Below, in pieces: positions 36,854 to 64,000 of a stretch of DNA of 64,000 nt (within the stretch, counting starts at the first letter, position 1; every line of letters begins with the position of its first letter). Made by a program: the position numbers and the translations under genes. Origin of the DNA: the human T2T-CHM13v2.0 reference genome, Homo sapiens; the NCBI RefSeq assembly GCF_009914755.1, contig NC_060946.1. One strand, written 5' to 3'. The notes below the pieces were generated by a model. It saw only the letters and a program-made list of their open reading frames with translations, was not told the DNA's origin and did no database searches.

Positions 36854-36978
36854 AGAGAGGGAAAGAATTGGACCTAGAAGGAAGAAGTGTTTCTTTCCAC
36901 AGCCACTGAATGACCATTTCTATGTACGTTTTGTGGGGGAAGGGAATTCAATGGTACACAATTTACAAAACACCAAAT
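36854..36978 (+). repeat. Copy 2 of a 125-bp non-Alu direct repeat
   Basis: Ungapped match to 33256-33380. Confidence 0.9.
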
Positions 36979-37011
36979 GGAATGGCAGATTTGGTAGGTA
37001 ATGCATGTTTA

Positions 37012-37183
37012 ATATGTGTGTGTGTATATATATATATGTATGTGTGTGCATATGTGTGTGTATGTATGTGTGTATATGTATATGCATGTTTATATATGTG
37101 TGTGCATAGGTGTGTATGTGTGTGTATATGTGTGTATATATGTGTGTATATATATGTGTGTGTATATATATGTGGGTGCATAT
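37012..37183. repeat. Compound (TG/TA)n alternating purine-pyrimidine tract
   Basis: About 170 bp of almost unbroken RY alternation. Confidence 0.9.
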
Positions 37184-37196
37184 AGACCCATCGTAG

Positions 37197-37396
<200 letters not shown>

Positions 37397-37604
37397 TAGA
37401 GATGGGGTTTTGCCATGTTGGCTAGGGTGGTCTCGAACTCCTGACCTCAGGTGATCCTCCTGCCTCACCCTCCCTAAGTGCTGGAATTACAGACGTGACC
37501 CACCACGCCCAGCTTTTCTCCCATTTTGTAAGACAAATGTTTTAATTACAATGATTGAATATTTATAAATATTTAAAGTATTTAAAGGATATTTATTTCA
37601 CCTA

Positions 37605-37961
<357 letters not shown>

Positions 37962-38873
37962 TTAATTTTTAAAAAACGATTTGAAGAGGTTACTAATCAG
38001 AAATTATAAGGCAATAGGAGCAACTGAAAGCTAACAGTTAGCAAACAGCTAATTACATGATACTGTATGCAGTATCTCAACAGACTGCTGAGCAGCCATT
38101 GCGAATGAGAATCGTAAAGAAAATGTCGCAACATGAAAAACCGCTCCTGTACATGCAAAAGCAGAACTAGAAATTTCATATGCTCTAAGATTATTTAGCC
38201 TGATGCCTAGGACCCAGGAAGTATTCAATAAATAATAGATACTATTATACTATTATTAATTAGTTGTGCAAATACTTTCTAAATTAATTATATATACATA
38301 TATAACTCCTGAGCTCAGGCAATCCACCCGCCTTGGCCTCCCAAAGTGCTAGGATTACAGGCATGAGCAACCACACCTGGCCTATTTTTGATAAATGTTT
38401 AAAATTATATTTTGGACTGGACACAGTGCCTCACCCCTGTAATCCCAAAACTTTGGGAGACTGAGGTAGGCAGACTGCCTGAGCCCAGGACTTCGAGACC
38501 ATCCTAGGCAACACACAAAACCCTAAAAAAAAATACAAAAAAAAAAAAAAATTAGCTGGGTGTGGTGGTGCGTGCCTGTAGTCCCAGCTACTCGGGAGAC
38601 TAAGGTAGGAGGACCACTTGAGCCTAGGAGGTGAAGGCTGCCATAAGCCTTGATCATGTCACTGCACCCCCAGCCTGAGTGACAGAGTGAGACCCTATCT
38701 CAAATAGCAATAATATTTGGAATTTTATTTTAAAATTTAATAATGATGCAAAACAAACAACCCAATACAAAAATGGAATCAAAAAATGAACAAAGGAGCT
38801 CTCATTAGTGGAAATACAAATGAGTCAAACAAATGAAAAAAATTCAGCCTCCCTCATAATAGGAGAAAGGTAA

Positions 38874-39237
<364 letters not shown>

Positions 39238-39719
39238 TGACATGTCATTTTAAATCTATCGGATTGGCAGAGTCCAAAGCATTTGATAACACTATGTTAC
39301 AATAGTGTAGGTAAACACGTGCTCTCATACTTTGCTTATGAGTCTGTAAAATGGTACTATTTGTGGCTAGCAATTTGTCAATATTTACTAAATATAAAAT
39401 AGATCTGTCTCTGTCCCTCTAATTCCACTTCTGAGAAATTACTGTACGATCTACTTAAATGTATACAAAATAACATAAAAACACTTATCTATGGAGGCAT
39501 TGATGTAATACCAAATGATTGGAAATGATCTATTATAAATGTCCCCTAATACGGGTTTGTTTTAATAGTCCACACAAAGGAGCATTCTATAGCCTTTAAA
39601 AAGGATGGGGACGGGAGCTAAGTGCATTGAAACGAAGAGTCTTCCGTGTGGTATAAGTGATTAGAAGCAAGGTGTGTAAAGCCTGTTTCCCTTTGTGTGA
39701 ATAAGAAACAAACAAAAAA

Positions 39720-39810
39720 GGCTGGTGTAAGCATAGTGGATTATCGGAACTTATTAACATCACTGTCACTAAAGTTGGTATACAGCTTCCCACTGCTAAA
39801 TTTAACTGGC
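39720..39810 (+). ncRNA. Y RNA (hY4/RNY4-derived) retropseudogene
   Basis: ggctggtgtaagcatagtggattatcggaacttattaacatcactgtcactaaagttggtatacagcttcccactgctaaatttaactggc follows hY4 along its length, followed by an A-rich tail; the 5' stem GGTCCGA is mutated. Confidence 0.9.
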
Positions 39811-39964
39811 AAAAAACGAAACAAAACAAAACATGTTTGCCGAGGCAGGTGGATCACATGAGGTCAGGAGTTCGAGACCAGCTTGACCAACATGGAGAAA
39901 CCCCGCCTCTACTAAAAATACAAAATTAGCCGGGCGTGGTGGCGCATGCCTGTACTCCCAGCTA

Positions 39965-40658
<694 letters not shown>

Positions 40659-40827
40659 TGAGCCACTTCACCCAGCCTTATATTCCTTTTTTGTAACTTT
40701 CAAATTTTGTAGCTTTTGCATGTTACCAATTCAAAAACTAACTGAATAAAATAACATCTCTTTTAATTTAAAAAGATGCAAAAAGGTAATCACTATTATT
40801 TTGTTTTATTTATTTTTTTATTTTTGA

Positions 40828-40986
<159 letters not shown>

Positions 40987-41507
40987 TAGTAGGGACGGGG
41001 TTTCTCCATGTTGGTCAGACTGGTCTTGAACTCCTGACCTCAGGTTATCCGCCCACCTAGGCCTCCCAAAGTGTTGGGATTACAGGCGTGAGCCATCGCA
41101 CCCAGCCACTATTATTTTAAAAATTAATAAAATCATGGTCCTTTAAAAGGTTTCTTAATTTTTTGCAGAAATCACCTGGTTCAATGGGATGGCAGCAGGG
41201 AGAGTTCGAAATCTCAGTCCTGATTCTGTCTCTGAATCAGTGGGCAATAGTGACTGCCTTCTCTCTTTTCTTCTTCCTTTCTTCATTTCCTGCCCTTCTT
41301 TTTCTTTCTTTCCTACTTCCTTCCTTTATTTCATAAATTGGCAAGTTATATTTGTATATATTTATGTGGTACTATGTGATGTTATATGTATGCAATGTCA
41401 AATGACTAAATCAAGCTGCTTAACATATCCATCACCTCAAATATTTATTTTTTGTGGTAAGAACATTTGAAATTTACTCTTAGCATTTTTTTTTATTTTA
41501 ATTTTAA

Positions 41508-41903
<396 letters not shown>

Positions 41904-41968
41904 TGATCCTCCTACCTCAGCCTCCCACGTAGCTGGAACCACAGGCAAGTGTCACCACACTCAGCTAA

Positions 41969-42130
<162 letters not shown>

Positions 42131-42372
42131 TAGTAACTGGTTTCTCTTTGACCCTTCCTTTCTTTTTCAGTATAGCAATGGAATTGGATTGGGTAATCCT
42201 AATGTTCCTTTCACTTTTTGAGTTTCTTTGGAAATATTTTAAGTTGTTTACAAAAAAGATATCACTCACAAACATCTGTTAAAGTAAATGTTTTATTGCA
42301 GCATAACACAGAAGAGCACACAAATCACAAGTGTTCAACTTGGTAATCAAGTGAACAGACTCCTGTAACTCA

Positions 42373-44080
<1,708 letters not shown>

Positions 44081-44084
44081 CTCT

Positions 44085-44260
44085 TTATGGAACCCTCACC
44101 ATGGGCCAGGCCCTGTCCAAATGCTTTCCTTGGGTTTTCACATCTAACCCTTGCAACAAGTCAGTGGGGTAGACTTTACTAATATTTCCCTAAACCTCCT
44201 GAAAATGGGAGTTCAGAGAGGGTGAGGAAACTGACCAAGGTCACACAGCTAGGCTAGTGC
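44085..44260 (-). mobile_element. MIR
   Basis: gttcagagagggtgaggaaactgaccaaggtcacacagctag core. Confidence 0.65.
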
Positions 44261-44521
44261 CTGTCTCTGGGGCCAGAATTTTTTTTTTTTTTTTTCTGAG
44301 ATGGAGTCTCGCTGTGTCACCCAGGCTGGAGTGCAGTGGCGCAATCTAAGCTCACTGCAACCTCCACCTCCCGGATTCAAGCAATTCCCTGCCTCAGCCT
44401 CCCGAGTAGCTGGGACTACAGGCACCTGCCACCACGCCCGGCTAATTTTTGTATTTTTTTTTCAGTACAGACAGGGTTTCACCACCTTGGCCAGGGTTGT
44501 CTTGAACTCCTGACCTCGTGA

Positions 44522-44827
<306 letters not shown>

Positions 44828-45454
44828 TGATCTGCCCTCAGCCTCCCAAAGTGCTGGGATTACAGGTGTGCACCACGCACGCAGCTTGGAGCCAGAACTT
44901 TTAACAACTAAAGTGCGTGCTTTGTGCCAGACAGTTTGCTAAGGCTACAGTATTCAACCCCAAAAGGCCTCGATCTCCTGATCTCGTGATCCGCCCGCCT
45001 CAGCCTCCCAAAGTACTGGGATTACAGGCATGAGCCACCACGCCCGGCCGGCCATTCACTTTTTGCCAGTGGGCCAGGACAGCCTGGGGTGGGCACTGCT
45101 TTCTACCTGTACCCTCCTGTCCACTCACTTGCTTTTGACACACTTGAGTCCTCTGCCTTCCTCAAAAACGCCCTTCTCTTGGCCTCAGCTAGTCCACATT
45201 TTCGTGGGTTTCTCTTATCCTGTTGGCTGCTTCTACTCAGCCTTCTTTCCTGAATTCCACCTCCTTTCTCGCCCTCCAACGTGGAAAGTCCTCAGGACTT
45301 GATCCTGCCTGCACCCACCTACCTCCCTATGCCTCTCCAGTGAGACCTCACTCAGCCTCACCTGTGGCCAAGTCATTCCCAATTTATTTCTCCTCCTTCA
45401 TCCTCAGTCGTGAGGGTGACATACCCAGCTGTCTGCTCCGCTGGACATTCTTTT

Positions 45455-49331
<3,877 letters not shown>

Positions 49332-49334
49332 TAG

Positions 49335-50022
<688 letters not shown>

Positions 50023-50885
50023 CAAGATGTTAAACCAGTTTTGCATCATAGGGATAAATTCCTTTGATCATGGTGTGTAACTGGTTTTGTTTTGTTTTGT
50101 TTTGTTTTTACAGACAGGGTTTCATTCTATCAACCAGACTAGAGTGCAGTGGCAAGATCATAGCTCACTGCAGCCTTGACCTCCTGGGCTCATATGATTC
50201 TCCCACCTCAGGCTCCTGAGTAGCTGGGATTACAGTCACACACCACCATATCTAGCTCATTTTTTTGGTATTTTCTGTAGAGACAAGGTCTCTCTATGTT
50301 GCCCAGGCTGGTCTCAAATTCCTGGGCTAAAGCAACCACCTGCCTGAGCCTCCCAAAGTGCTGAGATGAGCTACTGCGCCCGGCCTGTAACCCTTTTTAT
50401 ATATTGTGGGATTCAGTTTCCTAGTATGTATTTTATTCAGGATTTTTGTGTCTAAATGAACAAGGGATAATGATCTGTGGTTTCCTTTTCTTGTGATATC
50501 TTTTTGTGGTTTCAGTATCAGAGTAATACCGGCATCATACAATGATTGGAAAGTGTTCCCTCCTCCTCTGTTTTTTGTAACAGTTTGTGAAAGATTGGTT
50601 TAAGCATATTGATTGGCCTGTTGCAGTAGCTAATGCCTGTAATTCCAGCACTTCGGGATATCGAGGTGGGAGGACTGCTTTAGCAGGAGTTCAAGACCAA
50701 CCTGGGCAACAAAGCAAGACCTGATCTCTTCAAAAAAAATTTTTTTAATTAAAAAAAAAAATAAGGCCAGGCGCGGTGGCTCACGCCTGTAATTCCAGCA
50801 CTTTGGGAGGGCAAGGCGGGCAGATCACCTGAGGTCGGGAGTTCGAGACCAGCCTGACCAACATGGAGAAACCCTGTCTCTGCTA

Positions 50886-51092
<207 letters not shown>

Positions 51093-51213
51093 TCACGCCT
51101 GTAATCACAGCACTTTGGGAGGCTGAGGCGGGCGGATCACCTGAAGTCAGGAATTTGAGACCAGCCTGGCCAACATATTGAAACGCAGTCTCTACTAAAA
51201 AATACAAAAATTA

Positions 51214-52215
<1,002 letters not shown>

Positions 52216-52267
52216 TCCATAATTGGTATTAATTTTTCTTTGACTATTTGGTAGAATTCACCAGTGA

Positions 52268-52648
<381 letters not shown>

Positions 52649-52979
52649 TAATTTGATGTCTTTACTTGTTATAGGCCTACTCAGATTTTTGGTATCTTTT
52701 TGAATCAGTTCTGGTAACTTTTTTCCTAGAATTTGTCCATTTCATCTAAGTTACCTAATTTGTTGGACTACAGCTGTTCATAGTATTCCCTTGCAATCTT
52801 TTTTTTTTTTTTTTTTTTGAAACAGAGTCTCGCTCTGTCGCCAGGCTGGTATGCAGAGGTGTGATCTTGGCTCACTGCAACCTCTGCTCTTGTGTTCAAG
52901 CGATTCTCCTGCCTCAGCCTCCTGAGTAGCTGGGATTACAGGTGTGTGCCACCACACCTGGGTGATTTTTGTATTTTTA

Positions 52980-53126
<147 letters not shown>

Positions 53127-53299
53127 TTACTCTGTTGCCCAGGCTGGAGTGCAGTGGTGCCATCTCAGCTCACTGAAACCTCTGCCTCCCGGATGCAAGC
53201 AATTCTCCTGCCTCAGCGGGTGCCTGGGATTACAGGCACCCACCACCACTCCCGGATAATTTTTTGTATTTTTAGTAGAGACGGGGTTTCACCACCAAC

Positions 53300-53815
53300 G
53301 TGGATATGTTCTAAGAGGCCCAGTGGATGCCTGAATCCTCAGATAGTACTGAACCCTATATATACTATGTTTTTTCATATACATACATACCTATGATAAA
53401 GTTTAATTTATAAATGTATAAATTAGGCACAGTAAGAGATTAACAAAAATAACAATAAAATAGAACAATTATAACAATATACCACGCTCGTGCTTTGGGA
53501 CCATTATTAAACCGAATAAGGATAACTTGGACACAGGCACTGCAATCCCAAGACAATCTGATAACTGAGAAAGCTACTAAGTTACGGCCAGTAGCATCTA
53601 GAGCCTGGACAAGCTGGACAAAGGGATCATTCTCATCCTGGGCAGGACGGAGTGAGATGGTGCGAGATTTCATCATATTACTCAGAACTGCTCGAAATTT
53701 AAAACATGAATTGCTTATTTCTGGAATTTTCCGTTTAATATTTTCAGAGGGCGTTAACGGCAGGTAACCACAGAAATCAAAATTGCTGATAAATGGGGGG
53801 GGATCTAGTGTAGTA
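53300..53815. mobile_element. Tigger2-family (MER8/MER28-like) DNA transposon remnant
   Basis: cccagtggatgcctgaa..gatagtactgaaccctatatatactatgtttttt...aattaggcacagtaagagattaac, ending in the terminal-like gataaatggggggatctagtgta. Confidence 0.7.
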
Positions 53816-54099
53816 TAACACTCTGGCTGGGATTAATAGCAATTTAATTCCAATTAATAAACTACAACTTTACTTCTCTGTGGCTGTTTTCCACCTCCTT
53901 TGTGCTGTTATTGTCACAAATTACATTTTTTTCTTAGATAACATGTCCTTGAAACAAATTACATTTTTATACGCTGTGTGCTCATCAACAGATTTATAAT
54001 TCTTGATTTATGCAGTTGTCTTTTAAATCACACAGGAGAAAAAAGATAAACAAAATGTATTTATACTTGTCTTTTGTATTTACCTATATAAAAGTATGT

Positions 54100-55670
<1,571 letters not shown>

Positions 55671-55701
55671 AAAAGATATATATTTTTCCACATATATATA
55701 A

Positions 55702-55941
<240 letters not shown>

Positions 55942-55944
55942 TGA

Positions 55945-56556
<612 letters not shown>

Positions 56557-56667
56557 TGAGATTACAGGTGTGAGCCACCACGTCCAGCCTACATCTACTC
56601 TCAACTCTTTTGGATATATACCGGGGAATTGCTGGATTATAAGGTAATTCTGTGTTTAACTTTTTGA

Positions 56668-57030
<363 letters not shown>

Positions 57031-57129
57031 TAGACCACACCCTGAGGCTGACACACAGGTATCCAGCTGCCTGCTGTCACTAGTGCATGGTCCTTTCACA
57101 GGCCCATCTGTCTTGATGGCTTCATCATC

Positions 57130-57998
<869 letters not shown>

Positions 57999-58801
57999 TA
58001 TCATCTTTCCCAGAAATTTTGCCTTCATTTTTCACTGAGTCATTCAATACACGTTTACTAAACATGTAGAATGGCACTTAATGCCATGTTTGTGGATGAG
58101 GCTGTCCAGGGATAGGTTGTGGTCATAAAAGGCTAAGAATAGTGCCCTAGGGAACTCAGCCTCTTTTTCTTTCTTTTTTTTGGGGGGGTGGAGGGGTAGA
58201 CGTGGGGTCGTCCTGTGTTGCCCAGGCTGGTCTCCAACTCCTGGGCTCAAGCCATCCTCCTACCTCAGCCTCTCAAAGTGTTGGGATTACAGGCGTGAAT
58301 CAATGTGCCCAGCCTGAGCTCAGTATTTTCTTTTCTTTTTTTATTTTATTTATTTATTTTTGAGATGGAATGTCGCTCTTGTTGCCCAGGCTGGAGTGCA
58401 ATGGTGCAATCTCAGCTCACCGCAACCTCCGCCCCCCCGGGGTTCAAGTGATTCTCCTGCCTCAGCCTCCCGTGTATCTGGGATTATAGGTGCCCATCAC
58501 CATGCCCGGATAATTTTTGCATTTTTACTAGAGATGGGGTTTCGCCATGTTGGCCAGGATGGTCTCAAACTCCTGACCCCAGGTGATCCACTCGCCTTGG
58601 CCTCCCAAAGTGCTGGGATTACAGGCATGAGCCACCACGCCTGGCCTATTTTATCTTACTTTATTTTATTTTATTTTTTAGAGACAGGGTTTTGCTATGT
58701 TGCCCAGGTTGGTCTTGAACTCCTGAGCTCAAGTGATCCTCCTGCCTTGGCCTCTCAAAATGCTGGGATTACAGGCATGAGCCACTGAGCCTGGCCCTTA
58801 G

Positions 58802-59050
<249 letters not shown>

Positions 59051-59544
59051 TAATTTGACTGCCTTGGATTCCCAAAGTGCTGGGATTACAGACGTGAGCC
59101 ACCACACCAGGCCAAGCTCAGCATTTTAAAAGCGGGGGAGGAGAGCCCAGAAAATGAGATTGAAGAGCAGTGAAACCTCCCCATTGCCAGCACGTGAATG
59201 CTCCCTTGTTCCCCTCTCTCCCCATCCCTCTGGTGTGACAGCAGTCCCAGTTCATTCGCTTCTGATGTTGCATTCCAGTGGAGGCTTCCTCCGCTTGGAG
59301 GTCTACTTGGTCTCCAAGGAAGATGGGGCAGAGAGGGAGTCTAGACCTCCTAGGGACCTGTAAAATCTTTGGCATTTCCTCTTCGGTTCAGTCTCTATCA
59401 GCAGTGGCTGGAGGTGTTTTGCTCCTCAGTTACCAAAGGGCAAAGTCACCTCATCACCATAGAATTCATTTTCTCCCAACCTCACACCGGGTAGTCACAC
59501 GAAAAATATAATTTATTCCTATTGGTAGGATTTTGCCTTGTTCA

Positions 59545-59919
<375 letters not shown>

Positions 59920-60559
59920 TCAAAAAAAAAACAACAAAAAAAAAGAAGATTACCTGAAAAAGATTAAATGTAGGCCGGGCATGGTGGCTCACATCTGTAA
60001 TCCCAGCTCTTTGGGAGGCCAAAGCAGGCAGATCACTTGAGTTCAGGAGCTCGAGACCGGCCTGGCCAACATGGAGAAACCCGGTCTCTATTAAAAATAC
60101 AAAAATTAGCCTGGCGTGGTGGTGGAAGAATCACTTGAACTCAGGAGGTGGAGGTTGCAGTGAGCCAAGATTGTGCCGCTGCACTCCAGCCTGGGTGACA
60201 GAGTGAGACTGTCTCAAAAAAAAAAAAAAAAAAGAAAGAAAGAAAAACGAAAGATTTCCTACTTTTGGAGACCCCTGAATCCCTTGGCCTCTGCAGCACT
60301 TCTCCTCTCCTTCCTCCATGACCATGCCTTCTGAGTCGACACTGTGCTGTTCCACATACAGCCAGCTCCTTAGATGATGCGTTTCTCCAAGGTCCAGGAC
60401 CCTCTTCTGTTTTAGCTTTCTCCAGTCTCCCTGGGAAAGCTCATTCACCCCTTAGCATCAAGTCTTAATTATATGCTGATACTTTCAAAGGCTAATCTCC
60501 GTTTGCAACCAATTTATCATGTTTCATATCAGTATTTCTACCTGCTTAGTGAATAATAG

Positions 60560-60800
60560 GGTTAGAAAGATTTTGGTTAAAGGATATAAAATTTCAGTTA
60601 GACAGCAGCACACAGTACAAGAGATCTATTGTAAAACATGTAACTATAGTTAATAACAATATGTTGTATACTTGAAAATTGTGAAGAGTAGATTTTAAAT
60701 GTTCTTTTCACAAAAAAGATGTGTGTGAGTTAATGGATATGTTAATTAGCTTAACGAGCTTGATTTAGCCATTCCACAATGTATGCATATATCAAAACAT
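60560..60800 (+). mobile_element. L1MA-type 3' fragment
   Basis: ggttaaaggatataaaatttcagttagacag...ttgatttagccattccacaatgtatgcatatatcaaaacat is a typical L1MA 3'UTR. Confidence 0.7.
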
Positions 60801-60936
60801 GGGCCCGGCTCAGTGGCTCATGCTTGTAATCCCAGCACTTTGCGGGGCCGAGGCAGAAGGATCACTTGAGCCCAGGAGTTTGAAATCAGCCTGGGCAACC
60901 AAGTAAGACCCTGTAACTATAAAAAATTTAAAAATT
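60801..60936 (+). mobile_element. Left arm of the AluJ that hosts the RPS9 retrocopy
   Basis: Left monomer ending in the A-rich linker that was duplicated as the TSD. Confidence 0.85.
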
Positions 60937-60937
60937 G

Positions 60938-61973
<1,036 letters not shown>

Positions 61974-62008
61974 AAAAAAAAAAAAAATTTAAAAATTAGC
62001 CAACCGTT

Positions 62009-62476
<468 letters not shown>

Positions 62477-62504
62477 AGGGTACTGTTATGACAAGATTTT
62501 TTTT

Positions 62505-62592
62505 AGCCAAATTTAGCACTGGGAGGTCGTATACCAAATGTAGTGACACTAATGTTAGTAAGCTCTGACAACCCACTACCATCGGACCAGCC
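62505..62592 (-). ncRNA. Y RNA (hY4/RNY4-derived) retropseudogene
   Basis: Reverse complement reads ggctggtccgatggtagtgggttgtcagagcttactaacattagtgtcactacatttggtatacgacctcccagtgctaaatttggct plus an A tail (62497-62504), matching hY4. Confidence 0.92.
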
Positions 62593-62698
62593 AAGAAGCC
62601 AGATTTGATGTTGGGCATCAACAAACATCTATGACAAGGTTCCTCTTCCTGCACCCCTTTTCTTGTTTAATGGTAATATCTTCAATTTAATCACCTGA

Positions 62699-63124
<426 letters not shown>

Positions 63125-63202
63125 TAGCCAGGATGGTTTCGATCTCCTGACCTCGTGATCTGCCCGCCTTGGCCTCCCAAAGTGCTGGGATTACAGGCAT
63201 GA

Positions 63203-63379
<177 letters not shown>

Positions 63380-63540
63380 TAGCTAATCTTTGTATTTTGA
63401 GTAGAAATGGAGTTTCGACATGTTGGCCAGGCTGGTCTTAAACTCCTGACCTCGGGTGATCCGCCTGCCTCAGCCTCCCAAAGTGCTGGATTACAGGCAT
63501 GAGCAACCACGCCCGGCCTTTTTTCTGTTTTTTTTTTTAA

Positions 63541-63672
<132 letters not shown>

Positions 63673-64000
63673 TGAGCAGAGCTTGAAATGCAATTGTGCA
63701 GCTTGGCTGGGGTACTTTTGGTTAGTCCTCCTCTGTGAGAACAATGTGCCCCAGATAGTGGCTATTGTTCAGCATGGGTTCCAGAATAAGAAGATGTGTG
63801 CTGATCGGGCACGGTGTCTCACCCTGTAATGAGACACCTTCACTTAATGGCAGGCACCTTCATCCACACTACTGTCTCTGCCTGAGGCTCTGCCCTTTAC
63901 TTGTCTGTCACTACTTGTCCTTCAAGATTTACCCAGGCTGGGCACAGTGGTTCATGCCTGTAATGCCAGCAGTTTGGGAGGCCGAGGCAGGTGGATCACC

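Overview
This is primate (almost certainly human) genomic DNA, extremely Alu-dense, with no spliced protein-coding exon that I can support. Most of the window is stacked retroelements: well over 100 Alu copies or fragments, L1M/L1P, L2, MIR, MaLR/MER21 LTRs and a Tigger2-type DNA transposon. Nearly all ORFs in the supplied track are Alu, microsatellite or GC-rich artefacts. Real landmarks: (1) a full-length processed RPS9 retrocopy with an uninterrupted 194-aa ORF, 5' TOP, AATAAA, poly(A) and a 16-bp TSD, nested inside an AluJ and itself invaded by an AluY; (2) two RNY4 (hY4) retrocopies, a 7SL 3' fragment and a FAM monomer; (3) a roughly 1.3-kb CpG island with no visible downstream gene; (4) a decayed ERVL (ERV3-16A3/LTR33-like) provirus whose RNaseH-integrase-dUTPase part is inverted relative to LTR-gag-RT; (5) a local inverted duplication bounded by a TSD, and a 125-bp direct duplication of non-Alu DNA next to RFX/NF-Y motif clusters. 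From memory, unchecked, this could be the RBX1-EP300 intergenic interval on 22q13.2 (RPS9P2). I see no evidence for a new multi-gene biological system. The findings are regulatory candidates and retrotransposition or rearrangement fossils. Only selected Alus are listed individually, and subfamily names and boundaries of old repeats are by eye.
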